Source of the DNA: Macrostomum lignano
Taxonomy: Eukaryota
Assembly (NCBI GenBank): GCA_002269645.1
Contig: NIVC01001925.1
Location: 124,001 to 188,000, forward strand
Reading direction: 5' to 3'
Length of the DNA: 64,000 nt
The notes beneath the pieces are model-generated. The model was given only the letters and a program-made list of their open reading frames with translations, was not told the DNA's origin and searched no databases. Position 1 is the first letter of the stretch. The number at the start of each line of letters is the position of its first letter. The translations under genes were made by a program, and so were the position numbers. Below, in pieces: positions 18,217-29,388 of this stretch.

Positions 18217-20405
18217 GCCTGCCTGTCTGTCTGTCTGTCTGTCTGCCTGCCTGTCTGTCTGTCGGTCTGCCTGTCTGTCTGCCTGTCTGTCTGCCTGTAT
18301 GTATGTCCAAGCCAGCAGACCTGCAGGATGAGGAAGCGGTTGTGAGTGAGGTCGATCCCCACTCGCAAGAGCAGCTCGGCCACTTTCTTATACTCGTGCC
18401 GCCGCCCATTGACAGTGTAGTAGGAGGCGTTGTCCTTGAAGGCGGTCCTGGCCACGCTGAACTGCGAGCCTTCGACAATGTCGTAGCCGCCGTCTTCTCG
18501 ATCCACCACGCGCTGGAAGTGGATCTCCACGGTGCAGCTGTCGATGGCGGCGAAGTTCTCGCTGGAGTGAATCAAGGAAGACAGCTTCTTGGAGCGGATC
18601 TTCGAGGCGCGGTAGCCGAACACGAACAGCATGGAGTCGATGACGTTGGACTTGCCGCTGCCGTTGGGGCCGACAATGGCGGTGAAGTTCTGGTGGAACG
18701 GGCCGAGTATTCGCTCACCGGCGTAGGATTTGAAATTGCGGTTCACAATCTGGCTGATCATGAGGCGGGCTCGGCCCTGCGGATGGGGAAACGGCATCGC
18801 AGCATTGATCACGGAACTCTGGATTGCAGGGGATTCTTGGAGTGGGAGAGCTACTAGGATTTTGGGGATTGGGATTCTTGGAGTGGGAGAGCTACTGGGA
18901 TTTTGGGGATTGGGATTCTTGGAGTGGGCGAGCTACTGGGATTTTGGGGATTGGGATTCTTGGAGTGGGAGAGCTACTGGGATTTTGGGGATTGGGATTC
19001 TTGGAGTGGGAGAGCTACTGGGATTTTGGGGATTGGGATTCTTGGAGTGGGCGAGCTACTGGGATTTTGGGGATTGGGATTCTTGGAGTGGGAGAGCTAC
19101 TGGGATTTTGGGGATTGGGATTCTTGGAGTGGGAGAGCTACTTGGATTTTGGGGATTGGGATTCTTGGAGTGGGAGAGCTACTGGGGATTTTGGGGATTG
19201 GGATTCTTGGAGTGGGAGAGCTACTGGGGATTTTGGGGATTGGGATTCTTGGAGTGGGAGAGCTACTGGGGATTTTGGGGATTGGGATTCTTGGAGTGGG
19301 AGAGCTACTGGGGATTTTGGGGATTGGGATTCTTGGAGTGGGAGAGCTACTGGGGATTTTGGGGATTGGGATTCTTGGAGTGGGAGAGCTACTGGGGATT
19401 TTGGGGATTGGGATTCTTGGAGTGGGAGAGCTACTGGGGATTTTGGGGATTGGGATTCTTGGAGTGGGAGAGCTACTGGGGATTTTGGGGATTGGGATTC
19501 TTGGAGTGGGAGAGCTACAGGGGATTTTGGGGATTGGGATTCTTGGAGTGGGAGAGCTACTGGCGATTTTGGGGATATTTTTGGGATTGGGATTCTTGGA
19601 GTGGGAAAGCTACTGGCGATTTTGGGGATATTTTTGGGATTGGGATTCTTGGAGTGGGAAAGCTACTGGGATTTTGGGGATTGGGATTCTTGGAGTGGGA
19701 GAGCTACTGGGGATTTTGGGGATTGGGATTCTTGGAGTGGGACAGCTACTGGCGATTTTGGGGATATTTTTGGGATTGGGATTCTTGTAGTGGGAGAGCT
19801 ACTGGGATTTTGGGGATTGGGATTCTTGGAGTGGGAGAGCTACTGGGATTTTGGGGATATTTCTGGGATTGGGATTCTTGGAGTGGGAGAGCTACTGGGA
19901 TTTTGGGGATTGGGATTCTTGGAGTGGGAGAGCTACTGGGATTTTGGGGATTGGGATTCTTGGAGTGGGAGAGCTACTTGGATTTTGGGGATTGGAATTC
20001 TTGGAGTGGGAAAGCTACTGGGATTTTGGGAATTGGGATTCTTGGAGTGGGAGAGCTACTGGGATTTTGAGAATATTTTGGGGATTGAGATTCTTGGAGT
20101 TTTGGGAGTTAACTGCGATCCAAAAATTGGGATGCTGAGCTGAGACTTCTGATATAGTGAGAACTGTGATATACAAACTTCTGAACTGAATGAATGCTGA
20201 ACTTCTGATATAGCAAGGCATATGCAAAATCATATTCTCTCAAATTACCAAAACGCACCTGCTCTTCTCCAGTCATAGGCAAATCTGCAGGCTTAGGCGG
20301 AATCACCAGCGGCGCCAGGTTCATGAGGTCCTGCTCAGTTTCCAATCGTTCATCATCGCTGCCGCCCCCGGCATGATGATCTGGGTCATCTGCTTGGTCG
20401 GTCAT
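10892..20405 (-). CDS. SMC4: Structural maintenance of chromosomes protein 4 (condensin subunit), 10 exons, ~1518 aa
   Basis: Exons 20259-20405, 18321-18776, 17693-17866, 16551-17068, 15695-16195, 14684-15070, 14130-14595, 13116-13214, 11686-13017, 10892-11368, all phase-consistent. Walker A GPNGSGKSN, hinge GRLGDLGAID...YDVAMSTACG, signature LSGGEKTLSSLAL, Walker B YFMDEIDAALD and the SMC4-type GGDAELELVDSLDPF are present. Confidence 0.96.
13272..14110. repeat. 28-bp minisatellite in SMC4 intron
   Basis: ggaggctggcccagcaactgaggatctg units inside intron 13215-14129. Confidence 0.95.
15110..15665. repeat. ~24-29-bp minisatellite in SMC4 intron
   Basis: ggggatctgggatgtttgttcat grading into ggggatctgggagggttgtggctcatcat, inside intron 15071-15694. 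Confidence 0.93.
16360..16542. repeat. 23-bp minisatellite in SMC4 intron
   Basis: gatgattctcatgctgatttagg units inside intron 16196-16550. Confidence 0.92.
17095..17670. repeat. 28-bp minisatellite in SMC4 intron
   Basis: gagtagctaattaacaggtgtaggttat units inside intron 17069-17692. Confidence 0.95.
18068..18300. repeat. Degenerate (TCTG/CCTG)n microsatellite in SMC4 intron
   Basis: Visible tetramer run inside intron 17867-18320. Confidence 0.93.
18826..20100. repeat. ~41-bp G-run-rich minisatellite in SMC4 intron 1
   Basis: gggattttggggattgggattcttggagtgggagagctact units inside intron 18777-20258. Confidence 0.95.
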
Positions 20406-21499
20406 TGGGACCTGACTTCAGCTGCAGTTGAAATTGGATTGCTTAAGGAATAAAACCTAAATTTAAGTGCATAAATTCTAAGCCATTCTATAAAATTCTA
20501 CACTAATGTGCCTAATAGAATAAGCATATTTTATGCTTTTATAATCATAATTATATCACAAAGTGAGATTCTAGGCCACAAATATTTAAGATTCTATAAC
20601 TATAAGAGTTAGTAGTCAAGTTCTATTTCTTTTCTTTTTCTTCAAATATTTCTTCAAATAGAAAAATAATTATAACTATATTATAAAATAATTAATTCTA
20701 TATAATAATAAATCAAAACTTTTTGTATCTTAAATATTCAAAAAATTATAATATGTTTTGCCTATTAGTCAGTACTTAGGATGGTGATTTATGTCTAAAT
20801 ATTTTTGTTATCACTGTTTATTCAACTGATTTCTATGCCCTATGGCTATATATTATCTTTTAGTTTTTTATCCCTTCTATTAAAAAAATAAATATAATAT
20901 AACTAGAATAGCATAAACTTTGCAATAATGCCTAAAAAAGTTAACCTTAGGCCTAAAATGTATTAAGAAAACTGTATTTTTGCTACTTTCGCTATAGGCT
21001 AATGTATTTGAATTTTTTCCTTTTGTAGTAGACAATTTACTATATTGAAAGTTATTTCCTAATTGAAGGCAACAAAGCTAGATTAAAAATAAAAACAATA
21101 ATGGTAAAAATTAAAAAATAGTTTTTTACTGGCTTTGACTTTTATAAATGGATTGAGTTTTTGGCTTGAACTATCATTTTTATATTAAAAAAATCCATGT
21201 TAGAAGCCTAGACTCCAGAAGGTTACATATATGCTAGAAAATTCTGATATACAAATGACCCCTTTCAAAGTTAGTGTACAAATTTTAGCATACAAATTTT
21301 GGCATATAAATTCATGCCAATTTTTACATACCAATTTTGGTGAACAAATTCATGCCATACATGAAATTTGTAATGTAAATTAAGGAGTTGAGGTTTTACA
21401 TAAAATAAAGAAAATTTATATAGTCTAGAAAGTCAGTGATAAACTTTTTGCTTCTTATAAATAAAAAAATTGAGTTAATACAAATTATTGTTAGGAATG

Positions 21500-21864
21500 T
21501 TTTATTTTTATTAGAGGCAGGGGGTTGTGTGCACCCTGGCACACTTTAAGCGACATAGACACACAACCAGCGAGGCATTACTGCCCATTCCGCCAACTCC
21601 CCTGAGCAGGCATACAAGCGCGCAGATACATATGCAGGCACACACTCACGCAGGAGTGTACAGCGGCCCTAACTTTATTTTATCATTAGGCATGTACACT
21701 TCACTGCGCCTTGGGGGGTTGGCTCTCAAGGCCATTAATTGCGCGAGCAGAGCCAAGCCGAGATTCCAATTCAGCCCCAAATTAATGTGACTGCACTTGG
21801 AATCGAGCCTGGGTCGCTGGCACACCAGAGCAGCTGCACTACCACTGGGCTATGCCTATGGCCC
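21500..21864 (-). mobile_element. tRNA-derived SINE, copy 1
   Basis: The minus strand begins with an A box (TAGCCCAGTGG) and B box (GGCTCGATTCC) and ends in CTCTAATAAAAA. Homologous to 28853-29200 and 47286-47639. Confidence 0.8.
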
Positions 21865-22218
21865 TCTTTGCTAGGAATGCAAATTTTGCATTATTGTTTT
21901 TGTAGGTATAATTAAAGTTTGTTTAAAATGAAAATATTTGTAATATTTTAAATACTTTTCGTACAAAAGCCTTTCTCAGGAACCTTTACTTGTGAAAACT
22001 GAATGACCTTTTTTAGGAAGAATTTTTTGGCATTATTATTAGGTTCTGATGACTATGCTGAATAGGCCTACCTGGGTTTACCAACTTAATTTTTATAATT
22101 TCCTTAGCAGCTTAGCTATAAAATTTTTGCTAACCGACTTGGATTGACGGCGTTCAAAGAATGACCGGTTATTCATCATTAAGCTTAGCCGTAGCCAAAT
22201 TGGACGGACGGGTCACTG

Positions 22219-25200
22219 CATGCAGGGATTCCCCGAGCGATATTCAAGATCGATATTCGGAAGTAACAAAAATCTTTGCTTTTAAAGCACCAAACGCTAT
22301 GATTTTTTACAGAAAAAACATCACCCACGAGATAAACCTACTTGAAAAAAATTACGGCTACAGATAGAAAGGATTTTTTACAATTTGCAAAAAACTGATG
22401 TTCCTATCTCCGCAATGTATTAGATTGATATTCGATTTCGAGTACTTCTGCTTGCTCTCTGTCGCTGAAAATTGACATGCAGGACTTCACCCAGACACTA
22501 AGCGATTATCATAACTCAAACCGAACTCAAAGCTTCATGCTCGAGAACTATTCGAGAAAAACTGATGTTCCTATCTCCACAATGTATTAGATTGATATTC
22601 GATTTCGAGTACTTCTGCTTGCTCTCTGTCGCTGAAAATTGACATGCAGGACTTCACCCAGACACTAAGCGATTATCATAACTCAAACCGAACTCAAAGC
22701 TTCATGCTCGAGAACTATTCGAGAAAAACTGATGTTCCTATCTCCACAATGCATTAGATTGATATTCGATTTCGAGTACTTCTGCTTGCTCTCTGTCGCT
22801 GAAAATTGACATGCAGGACTTCACCCAGACACTAAGCGATTATCATAACTCAAACCGAACTCAAAGCTTCATGCTCGAGAACTATTCGAGAAAAACTGAT
22901 GTTCCTATCTCCGCAATGTATTAGATTGATATTCGATTTCGAGTACTTCTGCTTGCTCTCTGTCGCTGAAAATTGACATGCAGGACTTCACCCAGACACT
23001 AAGCGATTATCATAACTCAAACCGAACTCAAAGCTTCATGCTCGAGAACTATTCGAGAAAAACTGATGTTCCTATCTCCGCAATGTATTAGATTGATATT
23101 CGATTTCGAGTACTTCTGCTTGCTCTCTGTCGCTGAAAATTGACATGCAGGACTTCACCCAGACACTAAGCGATTATCATAACTCAAACCGAACTCAAAG
23201 CTTCATGCTGGAGAACTATTCGAGAAAAACTGATGTTCCTATCTCCGCAATGTATTAGATTGATATTCGATTTCGAGTACTTCTGCTTGCTCTCTGTCGC
23301 TGAAAATTGACATGCAGGACTTCACCCAGACACTAAGCGATTATCATAACTCAAACCGAACTCAAAGCTTCATGCTCGAGAACTATTTGAGAGATGAGGT
23401 AAGCCACTTTTTGTCCCTGTGTCACATCTTAATCTTTGTGGCATAGTAGCCATTTGTAAATTTTATTTCATAGCTACGAAATGCCTCGAAATTTGGACGA
23501 TTTACAGATCGATAGCGTTGTGACTGATGGAATAAAAAAGTTTGCAACGCCTCGTAGTTTTAAAGCTTCGGCTCCCATCTTCTGCAACATCGCAGAACGA
23601 CTAAATTTGAGGAATACCATACACAATCGAGCCATGATGTTCCACTGGATTCGCAAAAGAACAAAAGAAAAAAATGAATTGACCGGATTGACTGGAACTT
23701 TCTCTGAGGGCCGCATTCCTTTGATTAGTACTCCCCCTAGACCTTCTGAGGGTCACTCTCCTCCGGTTAGCACTCCCCCTAGACCTTCGGAGGGTCAACC
23801 TCCTCCGGTTAGCACTCCCCCTAGACCTTCGGAGGGTCAACCTCCTCCGGTTAGCACTCCCCCTAGACCTTCGGAGGGTCAACCTCCTCCGGTTAGCACT
23901 CCCCCTAGACCTTCTGAGGGTCAACCTCCTCCGGTTAGCACTCCCCCTAGACCTTCGGAGGGTCAACCTCCTCCGGTTAGCACTCCCCCTAGACCTTCTG
24001 AGGGTCACCCTCCTCCGGTTAGCACTCCCCTTAGTCCTGAAACTCATTCTATTGTATCGACTGATGTATTGTCACTCGATGTCAAGCAGAAGAGCCGCCA
24101 AAAGCAGACGGTGCAGCAACAATTGATTGGGTGAGTTGTAAAATTCTTGTACGCATAAACACCTCTGTGCCAAATATCCATACACATGTACTCACTTTAC
24201 CTTTACTTCTTGTACATGCACTACGGTAGATCGAGTGCTCATCCTGTCTTGACTGGATCCACTGCGTCTGTGCATCCACAACGCAAGAAGAGGAAAACTT
24301 CTGCTGCTCGACCTGCATCAATTTACTCAGCTGATCGATTACCATACAAGTCAATGGCCTAACTTTGTGCAGCATTAAATATGCATGACTATTAGACTAT
24401 AGTCTAATGATTTAATTAAATGATAAGATTAAAGAGCTAATTGAGTTTCATCTAAATTATAATTTATTCAGTGCAAATAATCGCTTAGTGTCTGGGTGAA
24501 GTCCTGCATGTCAATTTTCAGCGACAGAGAGCAAGCAGAAGTACTCGAAATCGAATATCAATCTAATACATTGCGGAGATAGGAACATCAGTTTTTCTCG
24601 AATAGTTCTCGAGCATGAAGCTTTGAGTTCGGTTTGAGTTATGATAATCGCTTAGTGTCTGGGTGAAGTCCTGCATGTCAATTTTCAGCGACAGAGAGCA
24701 AGCAGAAGTACTCGAAATCGAATATCAATCTAATACATTGCGGAGATAGGAACATCAGTTTTTCTCGAATAGTTCTCGAGCATGAAGCTTTGAGTTCGGT
24801 TTGAGTTATGATAATCGCTTAGTGTCTGGGTGAAGTCCTGCATGTCAATTTTCAGCGACAGAGAGCAAGCAGAAGTACTCGAAATCGAATATCAATCTAA
24901 TACATTGCGGAGATAGGAACATCAGTTTTTCTCGAATAGTTCTCGAGCATGAAGCTTTGAGTTCGGTTTGAGTTATGATAATCGCTTAGTGTCTGGGTGA
25001 AGTCCTGCATGTCAATTTTCAGCGACAGAGAGCAAGCAGAAGTACTCGAAATCGAATATCAATCTAATACATTGCGGAGATAGGAACATCAGTTTTTCTC
25101 GAATAGTTCTCGAGCATGAAGCTTTGAGTTCGGTTTGAGTTATGATAATCGCTTAGTGTCTGGGTGAAGTCCTGCATGTCAATTTTCAGTGACAGAGAGC

Positions 25201-25437
25201 AAGCAGAAGTACTCGAAATCGAATATCAATCTAATACATTGCGGAGATAGGAACATCAGTTTTTTGCAAATTGTAAAAAATCCTTTCTATCTGTAGCCGT
25301 AATTTTATTCAAGTCGGTTTTTCTCGTGGGTGATGTTTTTTCTGTAAAAAAAATCATAGCGTTTGGTGCTTTAAAAGCAAAGATTTTTGTTATTTCCGAA
25401 TATCGATCTTGAATATCGCTCGGGGAATCCCTGCATG
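22219..25437. mobile_element. Foldback-type DNA element: long inverted arms with 167-bp tandem units and 7-bp TSD GTCACTG
   Basis: Termini CATGCAGGGATTCCCCGAGCG...CGCTCGGGGAATCCCTGCATG. GTCACTG lies at 22212-22218 and 25438-25444. Left arm 22219-23393 has a ~175-bp outer part plus 6 units starting at 22394, 22561, 22728, 22895, 23062 and 23229. Right arm 24477-25437 has about 4.7 units, inverted. Confidence 0.9.
23394..24362 (+). CDS. Predicted three-exon ~264-aa protein inside the foldback element (HTH-like N-terminus, 7x Pro/Ser/Thr repeat, basic NLS)
   Basis: ATGAG|GTAAGC (23394-23398), TTTCATAG|C (23474-24130), GG|GTGAGT, ACGGTAG|A (24230-24362, TAA). Both introns keep the frame. No similarity to a transposase catalytic domain was recognised. 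Confidence 0.6.
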
Positions 25438-25672
25438 GTCACTGCACTGGACTATTAAATTGAATTTTATAGTTTAAATTAAATTAAATTTCGTATTTTG
25501 TTACAATTTTAACAAAACGATATTACTAACGAAAAAATTATATTGCGCATTTTCGGAATTTAACCAAATGATCCATCCTACTCGCAAATCTAAGCTACGC
25601 TGATCGTTTATAACTGGATAAAAACCTTCTATGCAAAATCTCTGAGAATCGCTATATAGAAACAATAGACTG

Positions 25673-26515
25673 TGTGACGTTGTCAGTTTAAGGTGGTCCC
25701 GAAAAGGGCCGTTGGACTGCTGGTTTTCCATAGTCATTCAACCCTTCAGTTTCACCGCTTCAACTAAACTTTTCCATTCGTTTATTGCGACGTTTACTTG
25801 TAGTAGTGCCCAACGATTTTGTGGCAATTTATAATTCATTGTATATTTTGCTATCCTCTCTCGCCACCGTATAAAATTGGCACGATCGATAATTTTAAGT
25901 TCTCTCGCCAGCCAATGAAATCACTCGTGTTCGCGCTACCCCCCTCTGCGCTCTTTTATTAAACCCCCCCGCCTGGCGGCGGGCACTCCACGCTCCCCTT
26001 GCTCTCTCTCGCTCCTCTCTCTCCGCTTGCTCCTTGTTTCCTTCCCTGCGGCCTCTTAGCTGTCTTATCTGTTTGTCTGGCTGCCTCGAGCCTCCTTTTT
26101 CTCACCACGGCCCTTCTGTCTGGGCCAGCCTGCTCACACACTTACTTGACTGTTTCACGCCACGACCGACGCCAACTCACCACTACGTTTCACTGCCTTC
26201 ACTGTTCTCATAGCCACTGCTCACGTCACGTCGCCATTGTGTCATTCGCCTGCCACTTGACTTCATATCCAAATTATATTCAACCCATTGCTGCAGCCGC
26301 CAGTGCCCAGAAAGCTATAGTCTGTTTATTGCCAGTAACAACCAAACTTAATACTGATATTAACAATAAAGACAACTACGGCAGTTCCTGCCTTTATCGC
26401 CAAGTGCTCCGCTACAAAAATCCGCTTTACAAGAATTGACTTCAACTTATTTTGGGACTAAAACGGCCCTTTTAAGGGTCACCGCATAGCTGGCCGCTAC
26501 GCCAATAACGTGACA
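25673..26515. mobile_element. Solo LTR, copy 2 (5-bp TSD GACTG)
   Basis: TGTGACG...CGTGACA. GACTG lies at 25668-25672 and 26516-26520. Same family as 7693-8504. Confidence 0.85.
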
Positions 26516-27560
26516 GACTGAGTATTCGTAAGCTTGGAATAAGCGTGTGGTAGACTAAAGCCTTCCTCCCTTAAGAAAATACTCTTTTAGCATTAAGAAT
26601 TAAGAGTCATCCTTTTGATGGCCTTAGCAGAATTTGATTGGCTTGGCTTCGTCTCCGTCAGTAAACGCGAAACGGCCTCAAGTCTTTTTCGGCTTTAAGG
26701 CAAATAATAAATAAGTAGGAATTAATACATGCATACATTATACACTTAGCATTTTTAATTGATCCAAGTTCTAGAGCTTAATACAGATTGGTTCTTGAAA
26801 CGACTCTTAGCTGGCGAAAAGGAATTATTTTAAAAGTGCCTATTGATTTCCAGTTCATAATCGACGATTTAAAGCCTGTTGGACTCTGATCTGACTCTGA
26901 TCTGTTATGGACTGTGGGCTCTGGGGTCAGTGCTCGGGGTGGGTTCTTTGTCTGGTGAGGGTTTGCGTACTCCATGTACATCGTTGCTCATTCTCTATTC
27001 CATCGTGCATGCCTTATCTCTGTTGCACCCACCCCAATGCTATGCTGCGATGCTTATTAAATGGGTTTCTGATCTAAGGTTGACTTCAATAAACTTTTGT
27101 CACTACTGAGTGTTAAAGCTATTGACTTTAAAAGCCACTCGAATTTCTTTTCGATCTTTGATCTTGTTTGTACATACTTGTATCAGGCCATAAATCAATT
27201 TTCGTAAAGCTATATAAACTGTATGATACTACTTACATGTATTTACTCGTGTATTTACTCGTATCAAGGCATATGCAATGCATCTACATGTAGGTAGGTT
27301 TCTGCAGTAAGGAGTAAAGGCCGGGTTATATGGAGTTAATTGTAGGGGTAAAAACTTATACAGTAATAACTGGTACGATCCTATATGTAGACAGCAGTTC
27401 GACAGTGGGTTGGGAGACCAGCAGCCAATAGCAGGGATGATCATGACCAACAGACATCTTAAATGCACATCTACTGTAAATTTTGGAGCTATACATTTCC
27501 TTGGCAGGAGTTACAGTTATCAGCGTAAAATCAATCTGAATTCCATAAACTTGAATAGCC

Positions 27561-28321
27561 ATGCACTCTACGAATCTATTGCCCATGGTAACAGCGCTAC
27601 TACTAGCTGCTGCCGCTGCTGCTGGGGAGCAGGCTTGCAAACAAAGATTCACTCTGATTGACGGCTTCCTGTGCATTAAAAGTCGGTTTGTTCATGCATT
27701 TAACGAAGTGACTTCTGAGCAGCAGTGCGCAATTCTGTGCTGGGCCAGGGAGCAATGCCGGGCATTCAGCCTGTCAACGGTCCATGTCAGTTGTATCTAT
27801 TCGACAAGTGCAGCAAGTCTGTGAAAGACTGCGGATGCTCGAGGCGAGGCCGGGTGTTCGTGAAGCAGCAGCCTGGACTGCCACCGGGACTGCTGTGTCC
27901 GCCCGGATACGGAGACGACCTGTGCGGAGTGAAGTACAGAGTCTATAAAAACTTGGATAGATCGTGGTTGAAGGGTCGACAGAAGTGTGAGTCAGACAGC
28001 GGTCTGGTGATCATGGCGGACGTGACGAGCTCGGTAGAGATGAAACACGTGGAATCGATGTATTCTCTGCACGCTGGCGGCAACACAATGTGGCTGGGAG
28101 GCCTCCAGGAGCCAGGAAGCGTCGAGCCGAAAGACGGCTGGTACTGGGTCGGCTGCAACATCACCGTAGACAACAGCCTTTGGAACTACAATGAGCCGAA
28201 CGACAACACTCCCAACGAAAATGTAATCGTAATGCATCCGGGTTATAGTAAATTGGTTGACATACGCGACAACGTCAATGCTAACAGGCTGTTGTGCGAA
28301 TGTGTATCACCTTTTGACTGA
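27561..28321 (+). pseudogene. Secreted PAN/apple + C-type lectin domain gene with a 1-nt frameshift (pseudogene or sequence error)
   Basis: Hydrophobic leader (MVTALLLAAAAAAG) and PAN-like CAILCWAREQCRAFS in ORF 27561. The sequence continues as VNGPCQLY in the ORF 27725 frame. CTLD motifs SW..GRQKC, MWLGG, WYW, EPND and terminal LCEC. The shift is at about 27770. Confidence 0.7.
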
Positions 28322-28852
28322 AACTTTGTCTAAAAGTCTTTTTTAGTCACAGTTCATTTACACGTTCATAAGGAGGAAAGAAATGCAGTGAACTATATTA
28401 AACTATCTTTCCATTAACAACCAGTGCAATAACTAACTTATTACAAAATACAACTCAAATTGGATGTTCTTCAAGGCAAAGGCAACCTGATAGCGCTTGC
28501 ATTTGCTTAAGGTCCAAATAAACAAGCAGCCAGCATGCCAAAGCCAGGTACAAAAGTCCTGGAATTTTCTTCTCACAAGACTGGCACACCGGATCATTAA
28601 AACCGAAAGCCCATTAGTCTCTATTTATTTAGCCAAGTCTTAAACTGTTGCTATTAACTAAAAGCTTTTAACATATCTTCTGTTTGCCAAACTACGAAGC
28701 TAAAACGTGCTAAATGATGGAAAAGCATTATTTAAGTAGATAGTTAGTTGCTTGTCAAACAGGAAATCGACTTGCATGACAATTCGCCATCTCGTATTAG
28801 TTTTGAAGAGGACCCTACTGAGCTAAGCGTCGCCAACCGAACAAATATATCG

Positions 28853-29200
28853 TTAGAGTTGGAGACAGGGGCTGTGAGCACCCTGGCGCATTTTGAGCGA
28901 CATTGGCACACAACCGGCGAGAGGCATTACTGCCTATTCCGCCGAATCCCTTGAGCAGGCACACACGCGCGCGGCTACGTACGCAGTCATACGCACAGGC
29001 ACACTCACACAGCGGCCCTAACTTTGTTTATAGTTAGGCATGTACACTTCACTGTGCCTTGGGGGTTGGCCCTCAAGGGCGTTAATTGCATTAGCAGAGC
29101 CAAGCCGAGATTCTAATTTAGCCCAAAATTAATGTGACTGCACTTGGAATCGAGCTTGGGCCGCTGGCGCATCAGAGCGCCGAGCTGGACCACTGGGCTC
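28853..29200 (-). mobile_element. tRNA-derived SINE, copy 2 (more diverged)
   Basis: Shares gtgactgcacttggaatcgagc, cactgggct and body sequence with copies 1 and 3. Confidence 0.75.
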
Positions 29201-29388
29201 CCCAACCGAGTACTATTGAACATTCCTAGGTTAACGAGAGTCGATATCGATACCTTGAAAATTTAGGAACAGATCTTAAAATAGCATAAAATTTCCTATT
29301 ACAAGCCTTGAGACTACTTAGGTGACGAACTTGACAGCCTTCACTATAAGCTGAATTATGAATTCAAATTCACTAATTTAGTATATTA

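Noticed and set aside
13339-20143. Repetitive ORFs from intronic arrays (e.g. 13466-14101, 15114-15494, 18730-20070) and similar ORFs at 33642-34381, 59548-60575 and 60856-62503
   Set aside because: They lie inside GT-AG introns of well-supported genes, are open in several frames and strands, and simply mirror the minisatellite units.
21780-21864. tRNA gene call for the SINE heads (also ~47560-47639)
   Set aside because: Acceptor and anticodon stems are not well formed, and the head continues into a shared body, A-tail and (for copy 3) a TSD, so these are SINEs.
24082-24375. 97-aa minus-strand ORF within the foldback centre
   Set aside because: It is antisense to the better-supported plus-strand intron 2 and exon 3, and has no recognisable motif.
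22394-25260. Regularly spaced repeats suggesting a CRISPR-like array
   Set aside because: The units are contiguous near-identical 167-mers with no unique spacers, the context is eukaryotic, and there are no cas genes.
25999-26439. 146-aa ORF with a hydrophobic signal-like N-terminus
   Set aside because: It lies within a solo LTR, and the equivalent frame is not preserved in the other LTR copy.
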